Notes: generated by a model not told the origin, from the letters alone. Positions 13,346-23,457 are shown, numbered from the stretch's first letter. The stretch: DNA of 64,000 nucleotides from Nitrosopumilus sp. (GCA_963662625.1 OY759726.1:1440001-1504000); one strand, 5' to 3'. Translations and numbers: made by a program.

Positions 13346-14618
13346 TAGTCTGTTGCACAACTCGGCACGATCCCCGGGCCGTGGCCAGGCCGTGCCGCTT
13401 GGAGTCCCTACGCCCCCGCCTCCCCCGCCCACCGGTTGTACTGGGCCACCCTGAGCCTTACCTCCTGCACGATGTTCTCCCACCTGCGCGAGTGCGCGTG
13501 GTCCCCGAACATCCTCTTGAACGCCGATATGATTATCTCGATCAGCCACCTCCTGCCGTACCCCTTCCTGGCCTTCCAGTACCGGACGTTCTCCTCCCTC
13601 TCCCTCGTGCCCACCCTGCCGGCGCGCGCCTCCGGGCCGCCCCCCGGCCGGTCCCGCACCGCCTCGCCCCACGCGCCGCCGGTGCCCTTGCCCCTGGCGG
13701 TGGACGCCACCTTGACCGGGATGATAGGCCCCACGCCCATGTCGCGGCACCTCCGCATGTTGTCCCGCGACGCGTACGCCCCGTCCGCGATCAGGCGCGC
13801 CCCGTGGGAGCCGGGCGGCTGGCCGCACTGCAGCGCGAGCGGCGCCACGCCGCTCGCGAGGAGGTTGGGCGGGGGCGAGCCCACGCGCGGCAGGGGATCC
13901 CCCGCCGCGGCTGCCTTCCCGCGGATCAGCGCCATGCGCCTGTCCTGCTTCCCCGCCGGCTTCCCGTCCGGCTTCCCGCCACGCGGCCCCGCCACGGTTC
14001 CCAGGAGCTCCTTCAGCATGGGGGAGTCGCCCGTCCTGTCGTCGGTCACCACCGCCGCGGGCATCTTCTTCGTGTCGGCGTCGGCCAGCAGGTGCAGCCT
14101 GGCGAACCCGCGCCTCGCCTCCCGCTTCTTCCGTACCCGCTCGCCCCGGTTGCACTGCTTCAGGCCCGTGGCGTCGGCCAGCAGGGTCATGGGCTGGCCG
14201 CCGCCGGAGACGCGGACGACTCCCCCGCCGATGTCCACGTCGAGGCGCGCCATCCTCCTGGCCAGCACCGAGTAGTGCGGCGCGCCGTGCCCCCCCAGCA
14301 TCCCCGCGAGGAGCCCGGACAGCTGCCTGTACCGGGCCCCGAGCGAGGTCCTCACCGCGGCGGCGGCCATGACCAGCGCCCCGGCGTACCTGAACGGGGC
14401 GCCCTCCTTGCCGGCGTTGGCCTCCCTCAGGTCGTCCTCCCAGCCGGGGTCATACGACACAGCCAGGCCCCTCCCGCGCCTGACGTATTTCTCGTTGTCG
14501 GTCGCAGCCAACGGGGACGGTGCGCGGCCGTGATCCAAGGCCTTTTCGGTTTGACATGGTTGGGCCGGGGGTTCAACTGTTTAGACTCGGCAATTTCTGG
14601 CAGTTGTGCAACAGACTA
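13346..14618 (-). mobile_element. IS5-family insertion sequence
   Basis: 17-bp terminal inverted repeat tagtctgttgcacaact (13346-13362 / 14602-14618); 8-bp target duplication gttgcccc (13338-13345 / 14619-14626). Confidence 0.9.
13408..14538 (-). CDS. IS5-family DDE transposase, probably degenerate
   Basis: DATGLK, LHLLAD, ADGAYAS and GYGRRWLIEIIISAFKRMFG; many residues shifted to R/P/A/G. Confidence 0.85.
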   Translation of the reverse strand: MDHGRAPSPLAATDNEKYVRRGRGLAVSYDPGWEDDLREANAGKEGAPFRYAGALVMAAAAVRTSLGARYRQLSGLLAGMLGGHGAPHYSVLARRMARLDVDIGGGVVRVSGGGQPMTLLADATGLKQCNRGERVRKKREARRGFARLHLLADADTKKMPAAVVTDDRTGDSPMLKELLGTVAGPRGGKPDGKPAGKQDRRMALIRGKAAAAGDPLPRVGSPPPNLLASGVAPLALQCGQPPGSHGARLIADGAYASRDNMRRCRDMGVGPIIPVKVASTARGKGTGGAWGEAVRDRPGGGPEARAGRVGTREREENVRYWKARKGYGRRWLIEIIISAFKRMFGDHAHSRRWENIVQEVRLRVAQYNRWAGEAGA

Positions 14619-14626
14619 GTTGCCCC

Positions 14627-14680
14627 TAGCTTGTTGCACAACTCGGCACGATCCCCGGGCCGCGGCCTGGCCGTGCCGGG
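14627..14680. mobile_element. Solo end of a related IS5-family element
   Basis: tagcttgttgcacaactcggcacgatccccgggcc..., nearly identical to 13346-13398. Confidence 0.75.
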
Positions 14681-14687
14681 GAACGCG

Positions 14688-15326
14688 TCACCCCCGCCCC
14701 AGGGCCTCCCTGATCCTCGCGGAGACCTCAGGCTTTTCGTCGTGCCGCAGCAGGAAGTCGAGGTCCCCGCTACTGTCCACGTCCCACATGATCCTCCTCG
14801 CGAAGACGAGCGCCGCGTTGGGCGTGCGCTCCCTGGCCGCGCTCATGTGCATCCTGTAGCTGTCCTCGTCGTAGTGCGTCCCCATCAGGTCCACCGGCAT
14901 CCTTACCAGGGCGTTGGTCCCGTCGAACCTCCGCGACGGCACCACTATCGCGAAGTTGGGCGGCGCGGCGTGCCCCATCACGAAGTCGATGTCCTGCGTC
15001 TTGACGAACGGCACGTCCTGCGGCAGCACGATCGACGCGTCGAACCCGCCGTCCAGCAGGTGCCTGTCCGCGAGGGCGACGGCCCGGTTGACGCCGCTCT
15101 CCTCCGGGTCGGGGATCGCCACGGCGCCGAACTCCTCGCAGATGCGCGCGGCCCCCGGCTCCCCGGTCACCACCACGGTCTCGTCGATCCTCGGGGATAC
15201 GGACAGCACGTGGAGGATCTCCTCGAGCATGATCCTGCACAGCTCCTCCTTCCTGTCGCCCCGCAGGCCGAGCCGGGTCTTCGCCCGCGCGAAGGTCTTC
15301 ACAGGGATCACCGCGGCGGTCTTCAA
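14688..15326 (-). CDS. cofC: 2-phospho-L-lactate/PEP guanylyltransferase (F420 synthesis)
   Basis: VIPVKTFARAKTRL, DGTNAL and WDVDS motifs; adjacent to cofD. Confidence 0.93.
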   Translation of the reverse strand: MKTAAVIPVKTFARAKTRLGLRGDRKEELCRIMLEEILHVLSVSPRIDETVVVTGEPGAARICEEFGAVAIPDPEESGVNRAVALADRHLLDGGFDASIVLPQDVPFVKTQDIDFVMGHAAPPNFAIVVPSRRFDGTNALVRMPVDLMGTHYDEDSYRMHMSAARERTPNAALVFARRIMWDVDSSGDLDFLLRHDEKPEVSARIREALGRG

Positions 15327-15327
15327 G

Positions 15328-16251
15328 TCACACGTACACTTGCTTTAGGATGAAGCTTGCCAGGGCGTCCTCTGCGGCCTTGTTCTTCATCGTGATCTTC
15401 GTCTCGTAAACCTTCATGTTCAGGTTCTGGATCTTCCTCGCCAGCAGCCTGTCCTTGGAATCCACGACGATGCTGGAGCATACGTCCGAGTACATCTTGG
15501 CCAGGCCGTACGAGTTCGTCTCGATCCCGGCGGCCTCCATGTACTTGGCGGCCGGGCCCGTCACCGCCTTGTCCCCTATCAGCGGGCTCACGGCGACCAC
15601 CTTCTTCTTGTTCTTCGCCAGCTCCTTCTTCACGCCCTTGATCTGCAGCATCGGGCCGATAGACGTCAGCGGGTTCCCAGGGGCCAGCACCACCATGTCG
15701 GCCGAGTGGATCGCGCTGATCGCCTCGGGGTTCGGCCTGGCCTTGTCCGCGCCTATGTACTGGATGCCCTCCACGGGGTCCCTCCCCCTGTGCTTCACCC
15801 AGAACTCCTGCAGGTGCATCTCGCCCTTGCCGGTGATTATCCTGGTCTCGATGTTGTTGTCCGTCACGGGGATTATGTTGACGCTGACGGCGAACTTCTC
15901 GCACATCCACTTGGTGATGTCGCTGAGGTTCCTGCCGTTCTTCAGCATGTTGGTGCGGATCAGGTGCGTGGCAGCGTCCCTGTCCCCGATCCTGAACCAG
16001 GTCTCCTCGCCGAAGACCTCCATCTGCCTCAGGAAGTTGAACGTGTCCTTCTTGATGCCCCACCCCCTGTCCTGGTCGAGCAGGTCCGCCAGGCCGTAGA
16101 TCACGGTGTCGATGTCGGGGCACACGTACAGCCCGTACAGCCAGTAGTTGTCCCCCACGTTGCTGACGACGTTCACATTGGACTCCTGGGAGGCCAGCCC
16201 CCTGACCAGCTTCACCGAACCCGTGCCGCCCGCTAGTACAGTAACCGTCAT
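15328..16251 (-). CDS. cofD: 2-phospho-L-lactate transferase
   Basis: LAGGTGSVKL, NVGDN, CPDIDT, IGDRDAATH, LQEFWV and PGNPLTSIGP. Confidence 0.96.
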   Translation of the reverse strand: MTVTVLAGGTGSVKLVRGLASQESNVNVVSNVGDNYWLYGLYVCPDIDTVIYGLADLLDQDRGWGIKKDTFNFLRQMEVFGEETWFRIGDRDAATHLIRTNMLKNGRNLSDITKWMCEKFAVSVNIIPVTDNNIETRIITGKGEMHLQEFWVKHRGRDPVEGIQYIGADKARPNPEAISAIHSADMVVLAPGNPLTSIGPMLQIKGVKKELAKNKKKVVAVSPLIGDKAVTGPAAKYMEAAGIETNSYGLAKMYSDVCSSIVVDSKDRLLARKIQNLNMKVYETKITMKNKAAEDALASFILKQVYV

Positions 16252-16355
16252 CCCACTCGCCCCCAGAACCAAGGGCCCTACTCCGTCACTCCATATTACT
16301 TTTTCAAATCGGGTTTTGGATAAGTTTATTTATCGATGAGCCGGCTCTTCTAGTC

Positions 16356-17735
16356 GTGGTTCGGGCTATAGTTGCGGCGGCATTCGTGGCGGCGCTTGTC
16401 ATGGCGGGCACGGGCTCCGCGGCCTGGGGCGCCCAGCTGTTCACCCAGATCGACCCCAACGCCGCCGATTCCCCGTTCAAGATGATTTACCAGAAGACCG
16501 TTTTCGTGCAGTACCCCGACGGCGGCCAGCTCTTCGACCTGCTCCGCACCAAGAGCTGGAACATAAGCGGCAGCGCCGACTCGTCGGATCCGGGGGTGCG
16601 GCAGCTCATCCAGAACATGAACTCCGGCATCACCTCCAACGGCAGCCAGGCCCAGATATCGGACCTCCAGGTGTCCTACGACTTTAACCTCACGGGGAGG
16701 GACATCAACACCTCCATCGACTACAGCGTGATCCTGGAGGGGGCCATAACCGACTACGTGATCACCCAGGACTCCCAGCGGACGCTGGTCGACCTCGGGT
16801 GGAGGGGCCTGTCTGCCACCGGCGAGGTGGTGGTCGACGGCGTCGAGATCAACGTCCCGCTCAGCCTGATCCGGTCGCAGGAGCCGGAGCTGTACGGCGT
16901 GATCCAGGGGACCGACGCCGAGGGCGTGCTCACCATGAACCTGATCAACGCGGACTTCATCCTGGAACAGCCGCTCACCAACTGGCACTTCCTGTTCGAC
17001 CCGACCGGCGTGAGCGTGGACGCCGGGACGTTCGGCCTCGACGAGTCCATCGCCGGCTCCGTCGTCTCCAGCTGGACGATGGGCGAGAGCAGCATCAGGG
17101 AGGGGATACAGGTCGAGAGGGTGTTCGAGGCCGAGGTGGTCTCCGACCAGACCTACGTGATCGAGAGCGTCCAGTCCTCCGACCAGGGCAACCTCAACAT
17201 ACTGGGCTTCGGCGCGCTCGACATACTCGACGGCCTGGAGATCGCCGGCGTCACGCCCACGCCCCCCGAGGGGTTTGCCACCACGTCGACCGGGGACTTT
17301 CCGGTATTCATAATATACGGCATGGCGGGGATGGCCGTGATCGGCGGCGTGGCGTTCTTCATCTACAGCAACAGGGCCCTCAAGAACGAGAAGCAGGGCC
17401 AGCAGGGAATCGCCCCCTCGAGCCTGGTGGGGTACCAGACCAGCGCGTCGGCCGGCGGGTACCAGACCAACAGGGGCGAGGCGCAGCTCAGGGACGAGTC
17501 CGACTATGCCCAGACCAGGAGCGTCTACGAGGACGCGCCCCCGGAGCGGCAGGACGAGCGGCGGCAGGATCCGCCGCGGGACGGGCAGCAGCAGGCCGAC
17601 TCCACGTGCGGGTGCGCCGCGTCGGCCGATGCGGGCTCCGAGTGCGACTGCGCGATGCAGGACTCGTGCCTCTGCGACGCCACGTGCGGGTGCGACGCGG
17701 CCGTGTGCAGGGAGTACGTCGACTCCATGCGGTGA
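16356..17735 (+). CDS. Exported single-pass membrane protein with Cys-rich C-terminal tail
   Basis: Signal peptide, acidic ectodomain, transmembrane segment FIIYGMAGMAVIGGVAFFIY, 9-Cys tail. Confidence 0.85.
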   Translation: MVRAIVAAAFVAALVMAGTGSAAWGAQLFTQIDPNAADSPFKMIYQKTVFVQYPDGGQLFDLLRTKSWNISGSADSSDPGVRQLIQNMNSGITSNGSQAQISDLQVSYDFNLTGRDINTSIDYSVILEGAITDYVITQDSQRTLVDLGWRGLSATGEVVVDGVEINVPLSLIRSQEPELYGVIQGTDAEGVLTMNLINADFILEQPLTNWHFLFDPTGVSVDAGTFGLDESIAGSVVSSWTMGESSIREGIQVERVFEAEVVSDQTYVIESVQSSDQGNLNILGFGALDILDGLEIAGVTPTPPEGFATTSTGDFPVFIIYGMAGMAVIGGVAFFIYSNRALKNEKQGQQGIAPSSLVGYQTSASAGGYQTNRGEAQLRDESDYAQTRSVYEDAPPERQDERRQDPPRDGQQQADSTCGCAASADAGSECDCAMQDSCLCDATCGCDAAVCREYVDSMR

Positions 17736-17749
17736 CGGCCGCTAGGAAG

Positions 17750-18031
17750 GCGTGTGCTGGGAGTAACCCTCTTTCTGTTTTCGCGACATTTCGCTTTGCG
17801 GCCTACCTGAACCGGCTACAGGATGCCTTGGTTCCGTTTGGCCTTGCTCCATGCGGGGCGACGTTTTCATTCCTGCCCTGGGAACCTCAGGTTCTGCCGT
17901 CACAGTGCCCCAGGCCGGATGCGTTTCTGCGTCGTTGCCAGCCATCTCTGGCTGCCTATCTCCAGGCCGCATTTCCTGTACGGAGGGAGGAGTTTCCTCT
18001 GCCGTGGCAGCGTTCGCGCTCCAGCTCACGC
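17750..18031 (-). ncRNA. rnpB: RNase P RNA
   Basis: Minus strand carries gaggaaactcc near the 5' end and aacagaaagagggtta near the 3' end; terminal helix gcgtgagctgg / ccagcacacgc. Confidence 0.93.
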
Positions 18032-18066
18032 GGATCATGCGGGCCGGGGGGATTTGAGTATTGCCG

Positions 18067-18690
18067 TCAGGGCTTCCGGCCGGTCACGAACAGCGTCCCG
18101 AGCTCCCTCTTCCACTTCTTCCGGCTCAGGGGATCCCTCACCTGCCTGGTCCTGGCCTCGAACCCCGCGTCCCTGAAGAGCCCCCTCCACTCCCGCCTGG
18201 AATACAGGTGCATCTCCAGGCCGGTCCTCCCGGGCCACCCGGCGGTCGCCGCGTTCTCGGCGTAAAAGTCGGTGCCGCAGAAGAACTCCCCGCCGGGCCT
18301 CAGCAGCCCGAATATGCTTTCCAGCGCGGCCGGCACCGACCTCGCATAGTACACGGACTCCATCGCGAAGGCGTAGTCGAACCCCTCCCCGGCGCGCATC
18401 GACTCGACGTCCCCGTGGACGTACGACTCCCTCGCGGACCCCCTCCCCCGCTCGGCCAGCCCCACCATCTTCCTGCTCTTGTCTATGCCCGTGGCGGCCC
18501 TGCACCCCTCCTCCCGGGCCACCCTCCTCACCACCCAGCCGTTGCCGCACCCCACGTCGAGGAACGTGAACCCGTCCCTCCACCTGACGCCGTCGAGGAA
18601 CCTGGCCACGCTCCTCCCGTGCTCCCTCTCCATCAGCTCGGCCCTGCCGCCCGCGGCCCACTCGTCGAAGACGCGCGCGACCCTGTCCAT
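18067..18690 (-). CDS. Class I SAM-dependent methyltransferase
   Basis: FLDVGCGNG, FAMESVYY and LRPGG. Confidence 0.92.
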   Translation of the reverse strand: MDRVARVFDEWAAGGRAELMEREHGRSVARFLDGVRWRDGFTFLDVGCGNGWVVRRVAREEGCRAATGIDKSRKMVGLAERGRGSARESYVHGDVESMRAGEGFDYAFAMESVYYARSVPAALESIFGLLRPGGEFFCGTDFYAENAATAGWPGRTGLEMHLYSRREWRGLFRDAGFEARTRQVRDPLSRKKWKRELGTLFVTGRKP

Positions 18691-18694
18691 ACGG

Positions 18695-19945
18695 TCACCC
18701 CCCTCCGGCGGGAGCGCCGCCGCCGGCGCCACGCCACCCGCCCCTCACCAGCCCGAGGAGCTGCCTGGCGGCCAGCCCGGGGTGGCGGAGCGCGAGCCTC
18801 GCCATGCCGGCCATCCCAAAGTCCGCGCTGATAAAGTCCAGGAACTCGTCGGGGCTCATCCCCCTGATGACGTCAAGCTCCCTGTCCCACTGCTCGTCCG
18901 TCAGCCCGATCCACCTGTCCTGCACCCTGCCCGCTGACCTCACCTTGCCCAGGATCTCCCTCTTCCAGGCCTCCTCGTACGGGCGCAGCGCCCCGCTGTC
19001 CGTCCTGCCCCCCATGGCGGCCCCGGCCGAGACCCTGCCGGCGACCCTGCCGAACCTTATGGCGTACCTTATGCCCTCGAGCACCAGGGGGTTTGCCTGG
19101 CCCGCCGAGTCCCCCACCAGGACCAGGCCGTCGTGGACGGTCCTCCTCGTCAGGCCCTCGTTGGGGATAAGCCCGTAGTGGTACTCCACCGGCGTCACCC
19201 TCCCAAGGCCGCCTATGGGGCCCTCGCCTGCGCCCAGCAGCTCCCTCAGCCTCGCGGCCGGGTCCACCGCCGACTCGGGCTTTCCTATGCCGACGCCGAT
19301 CCTGACGGTGTCCCCGCCCACGGGGAAGATCCACGCGTACCCCGCGGGCGAGTACCTCTGGCCCACCATGAGCCACCACGTGTCGGGGTCGGCGTTCTCC
19401 ACCCTGGCCTCGACCTCGGCGCCGGCCCCGAACCTCCCCCACCGGGGCGCCAGGCCCATGTCCCTGCACACCACGGAGGGGAACCCGCTGGCGTCCACGA
19501 CCACCCCCGCGTGGAAGTCCTCCCTCCGGCCGCCCCGCGTGCAGGTGACCCCCGCGACGCGGCCGCCCGCGCCCCTTATCGCCCCCGTGGCCGTGGTGCC
19601 CAGGAAGATCTCCGCGCCGCGGGCCTCGGCCTGCCGCGCCAGCCAGCGGTACGTCTTCCTGACGTCCAGCACGGCCGCCCTGGGGGCCGAGTCGCTCACC
19701 GTCACCTCGTTGTTCGGGGAGCGGAACGAGTAGTTCCTCACCGGGTTGAAGCAGTCGTCGGGGATCCCGAACTCCCTGACGCTCCGCATCCACGTGACGC
19801 CGCTGGTCCTGACCGTCTCGGCCACGGACGCCTCCCTCTCGATGACGGCGACCCTTGCCCCGAGCGCGGCCGCCTCGGCCGCGGCCGACGATCCCGCGGG
19901 CCCGCAGCCCACCACCACCAGGTCAAAGTCGCGCCTGACTGCCAA
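18695..19945 (-). CDS. Geranylgeranyl reductase family FAD oxidoreductase
   Basis: VVGCGPAG, GYAWIFP and VGDSAGQANPLVLEGI. Confidence 0.92.
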   Translation of the reverse strand: MAVRRDFDLVVVGCGPAGSSAAAEAAALGARVAVIEREASVAETVRTSGVTWMRSVREFGIPDDCFNPVRNYSFRSPNNEVTVSDSAPRAAVLDVRKTYRWLARQAEARGAEIFLGTTATGAIRGAGGRVAGVTCTRGGRREDFHAGVVVDASGFPSVVCRDMGLAPRWGRFGAGAEVEARVENADPDTWWLMVGQRYSPAGYAWIFPVGGDTVRIGVGIGKPESAVDPAARLRELLGAGEGPIGGLGRVTPVEYHYGLIPNEGLTRRTVHDGLVLVGDSAGQANPLVLEGIRYAIRFGRVAGRVSAGAAMGGRTDSGALRPYEEAWKREILGKVRSAGRVQDRWIGLTDEQWDRELDVIRGMSPDEFLDFISADFGMAGMARLALRHPGLAARQLLGLVRGGWRGAGGGAPAGGG

Positions 19946-19991
19946 CCCAGTGCCTTGGGCCGCCCGGGATATAACCCTGAGGGTCGGGGCC

Positions 19992-20201
19992 CTACTCCTT
20001 CAGGACGGGCTTGCCGGCCGAGTCGTTCGCCCTCTCGGCGTCGAACGTCTCCATGTGCGCCGGGTCCCTGTGCATGTAGCTGTGCGAGCTGCCCGGCGAC
20101 TTCCTGCAGAACTTCCCGTGGATCTTGGCCAGGACCTTCAGCGTGTCCCCGTTCTCGTGGAACATCCTCTTGCCGCAGTCCCCGCACGTCGATTCCGGCA
20201 T
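19992..20201 (-). CDS. Small hypothetical protein with CxxC...HxxxC
   Basis: MPESTCGDCG...IHGKFC; host-like codon usage. Confidence 0.7.
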   Translation of the reverse strand: MPESTCGDCGKRMFHENGDTLKVLAKIHGKFCRKSPGSSHSYMHRDPAHMETFDAERANDSAGKPVLKE

Positions 20202-20299
20202 GAGACGGGTCACCCGCCGAATCTATTTAGATGTTTCAAAACCGGCGCCGCCGGCCCCGACCCCAAGCTTTAGATGCCCGGCGGTGCCACTGGATCCGG

Positions 20300-20425
20300 A
20301 TGGACGAGTACGACGCCGTCCCCTTCGCGCTGTGGTCCCTCCTGACCGCCGCGCTGATGGGCATCGCGGCCTTCAGCTACAGGGCCTACGCGGGGCGGGG
20401 CAGGGGTGGGGGCGCTCCGGCTTGA
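20300..20425 (+). CDS. Small single-TM protein (41 aa)
   Basis: MDEYDAVPFALWSLLTAALMGIAAFSYR...; host-like GC3. Confidence 0.55.
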   Translation: MDEYDAVPFALWSLLTAALMGIAAFSYRAYAGRGRGGGAPA

Positions 20426-20984
20426 GAAGCGGGGCCTCCGGGGCCTCGCCATAGCGGAGAGCTTCGCGCCCGGGGCCGGCCGGTCCGTCCTGTCGGGCGT
20501 GGTGATGCGCAGGGACTTCGTGATCGACGGGTTCGTCTTCGGCTGGGCCACTGTCGGGGGGGACGACGCGACCGACGCCATCGTCTCCATGCACGAGAGG
20601 CTGCGGAGGCCCGACGTGGGCTACCTGCTGGTCTCGGGGATGGTGATCTCGGGGTACAACGTGGTGGACATGGGGCGGCTCCACGGGGAGCTCGGGGTGC
20701 CGGTGATAGGGGTCTCGTACGGCGGCTCGGGCGGCATCGGGGGCGCCATAAGGGGCCGCTTCCCGTCGTCGTGCGGGCCCAAGCTCGCCGCGTACGGCCG
20801 CCTGGGGCCCAGGACGCGGGTCAGGCTGCGCACGTCCGGGGAGGTGTTCGTCAGGGCCGAGGGGTGCGGCGCCGGCGAGGCGGCCCGCCTGCTCGACGGC
20901 CTGACACTGCAGGGCTCGGTGCCAGAGCCGGTGCGCGTCTGCCGGCTGCTCTCCCGGGCGCTGCTGGCCGGGTCACCCCTCTGA
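20406..20984 (+). CDS. DUF99 family (endonuclease V-like) protein
   Basis: GLAIAESF, TVGGDDATD, SGYNVVD and PEPVRV motifs. Confidence 0.88.
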   Translation: MGALRLEKRGLRGLAIAESFAPGAGRSVLSGVVMRRDFVIDGFVFGWATVGGDDATDAIVSMHERLRRPDVGYLLVSGMVISGYNVVDMGRLHGELGVPVIGVSYGGSGGIGGAIRGRFPSSCGPKLAAYGRLGPRTRVRLRTSGEVFVRAEGCGAGEAARLLDGLTLQGSVPEPVRVCRLLSRALLAGSPL

Positions 20985-21734
20985 GGCCGTCTTGCCGCCG
21001 TCCACGTCCAGGATCGTGCCGGTGATCCACGACGACTCGTCGGACGCCAGGAAGAGCACGGCGTCGGCGACGTCGGCCGGCTCCCCTATGCGTGCCAGCG
21101 GTATCCTCTCCTCGATCACCCTCCTCGCCTGCGGGTCGTCCAGGTACGGCTTTATCATGCCGGAGTTGATGATGCCCGGGCTGACGCAGTTGCACCGTAT
21201 GTTCCTCCTGGCGTACTCCACGGCGATCGCCCTGGTGAACATGGCTATCGCCGCCTTGGTCGACGAGTACGCCGCGAGGTGGACCCTGGGTATGGCGCGC
21301 CTGCCCGACGTCGAGCCGATGTTCACTATGGCGCCGCCCCCGGCGTCCACCATCTTGGCCAGCACCGCCCTCGTGGCATGGAAGACGCCGAGCATGTTGA
21401 CGTCCACGAGCTTCCTGATGTCCTGGCCCCGCATCTCGTGGAAGTGCGCCGGGTCGTTGATGGTCCCGGCGTTGTTTACCAGCACGTCTATCCTCCCGTA
21501 CGCGTCGGCCACCTGGCCCACCGCGTGCGCCACCTGCGCCTCGTCGGTCAGGTCGCACGACACCGACGCCGTGCGGTCCTTGCGGCCGACCTCGTCCCTG
21601 GCCTTCTCCAGCCTCGGCAGGTCCACGGCCGCGAGGACCACCCTGGCGCCCTCCTCGACGAACCTCTTCACGATGCCCTTGCCGATGTCGCTGGACGCGC
21701 CGGTCACCAGGGCAACCCTCCCGTCCAGCCTCAT
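20973..21734 (-). CDS. Short-chain dehydrogenase/reductase
   Basis: TGASSDIG, NNAG, YSSTK and DVDGG. Confidence 0.95.
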   Translation of the reverse strand: MRLDGRVALVTGASSDIGKGIVKRFVEEGARVVLAAVDLPRLEKARDEVGRKDRTASVSCDLTDEAQVAHAVGQVADAYGRIDVLVNNAGTINDPAHFHEMRGQDIRKLVDVNMLGVFHATRAVLAKMVDAGGGAIVNIGSTSGRRAIPRVHLAAYSSTKAAIAMFTRAIAVEYARRNIRCNCVSPGIINSGMIKPYLDDPQARRVIEERIPLARIGEPADVADAVLFLASDESSWITGTILDVDGGKTASEG

Positions 21735-22044
21735 GGTTTGGGTTTCCGGCCATGTCTTATAGCGTTTTTGGTGGGGCCGGAGCCGCGTGGGATCCGGAAG
21801 GCGTCCACGCGCACTGTTAATAAAGACGGCGCCGCTTTTGGGCTATGGGGCCACCGCCCCCGCGCCATCCCGGACGCCCCGCCTGGCAGGGATTTCCAGC
21901 GCCTCCCCCGCGTGATCATGCGCGTCATGAGGTGGGACCGCCCGCCCCTCCAGGGCTTCCAGCCCTTGATCTGGCAGCTTGTCTTTCGGGACGCCTGCAA
22001 GTTCCCGTACCGTTCCGCCCGGGGGAAATTTTCAATGATCGTCA

Positions 22045-22290
22045 CTACGGGCGGGGCCGCCGCGCCGCGTACTCCCCCAGCACGCCCTCGAGCTCGGAGT
22101 CGGACCCGCACCCCCTGATCCGGTCCACCAGGCCCTCCTCCTCGATCTCGTAGCAGTTCAGGAAGTCCTGGGAGTCCTTGAACACCAGGATCGCCTTGCC
22201 CCTGAAGATGCAGTGGTACAGCCTCTCCCTCTCCATCAGCTCGGGCCTTATGCTGACGCCGTCGTCGTTGGCGGACAGTGGGGAGCTCAC
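22045..22290 (-). CDS. Hypothetical protein
   Basis: Host-like codon usage; LYHCIF...LNCYEIEE. Confidence 0.7.
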   Translation of the reverse strand: MSSPLSANDDGVSIRPELMERERLYHCIFRGKAILVFKDSQDFLNCYEIEEEGLVDRIRGCGSDSELEGVLGEYAARRPRP

Positions 22291-22362
22291 GGGCGTGCTA
22301 CGCCGCCGCGGTATTTAGGTGAATGCGCAATACTGTAATATCGCGCGCGCCCACGGTGGCCA

Positions 22363-23457
22363 TTGGAAAATAGGGTCGTTTTCCACGTGGACTTTGACTA
22401 TTTTTACGCCCAGTGCGAGGAGATACGCCGGCCGGAGCTCCGGCACAGGCCCGTGTGCGTCTGCGTGTACTCGGACAGGGGCGGGGAAAGCGGCGCGATC
22501 GCCACCGCGAACTACGCGGCAAGGGAGTTCGGCGTCAGGTCCGGCGCCCCGATCGCGTCGGCTAGGAGGGCGCTCGAGGGCAGGGACGACGCGGTGTTCC
22601 TCCCGGTCGACTTTGACTACTACTCGGGCGTCTCGGAGGGCGCGATGGAGGCGATGCGGGGCTTCGCCGACGTCTTCGAGTACGTGGGCAGGGACGAGGC
22701 GTACCTGGACGTGACGGGCAGGACGGGGGGCAGCTTCGACGCCGCCGCCCACCTGGCCCAGCAGGTCAAGAACGAGATCCGGCGCCGGCAGAAGCTCGGC
22801 TGCTCGGTGGGGGTGTCGCCCAACAAGCTCCTCTCGAAGATAGCGTCTGACTACCGCAAGCCCGACGGCCTGACGGTCGTCCGGCCGGGGGGCGTCGAGG
22901 GGTTCCTGGACCCGATGGGGATCAGGGCGATCCCGGGGATCGGCGGCAAGGCGGAGGCCAGGTTCTCCCGCATGGGGCTGCGGACGGTCGGGGACGTGAG
23001 GGGGATCGACGCGTTCGCCCTCAACAGGGAGTTCGGGAGGAGGACGGCCGCGTACATCTACAACGCGGTGAGGGGCGAGGACGCCGAGCCCGTGAGGGAG
23101 CGGGAGCCCAACGTCCAGTACAGCAAGATCACCACCCTGAAGAGGGACTCGTCGGACTACGGCTTCCTGTCCGAGAGCATCGCGCAGGTCTGCCGCGAGC
23201 TGCACGGGGTGGTGGCGGCCAAGAACCTGGCGTTCAAGTCGGTGGGCGTCCAGTTCGTCCAGTCGGACATGTCGAGCAAGACCAGGTCGAGGCTGCTGAG
23301 GAGCCCCGCGTCCAGCCTGGAGGACCTGCAGAAGGCCGCCCTGCAGCTGCTGGGCGACGCGCTGGCAGGCCAGGACAAGGACGTCAGGAGGCTGGGCGTC
23401 AGGGTCTCGGAGCTGTCCGGGGCGGGGGCCCGGGGCGACATCACTAGCTACTTTTAG
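22363..23457 (+). CDS. dinB: Y-family DNA polymerase IV (DinB/Dbh)
   Basis: HVDFDYFYAQCE, TANYAAR, DEAYLD, KIASDYRKPDG and RRLGVRVS. Confidence 0.96.
   Translation: MENRVVFHVDFDYFYAQCEEIRRPELRHRPVCVCVYSDRGGESGAIATANYAAREFGVRSGAPIASARRALEGRDDAVFLPVDFDYYSGVSEGAMEAMRGFADVFEYVGRDEAYLDVTGRTGGSFDAAAHLAQQVKNEIRRRQKLGCSVGVSPNKLLSKIASDYRKPDGLTVVRPGGVEGFLDPMGIRAIPGIGGKAEARFSRMGLRTVGDVRGIDAFALNREFGRRTAAYIYNAVRGEDAEPVREREPNVQYSKITTLKRDSSDYGFLSESIAQVCRELHGVVAAKNLAFKSVGVQFVQSDMSSKTRSRLLRSPASSLEDLQKAALQLLGDALAGQDKDVRRLGVRVSELSGAGARGDITSYF

Noticed and set aside
17742-18038. 98-aa minus-strand ORF
   Set aside because: Coincides with the RNase P RNA gene
21761-21880. Possible very old ~73-bp-period duplication, or a decayed small gene
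   Set aside because: Alignment needs several indels in GC-rich sequence; not distinguishable from chance
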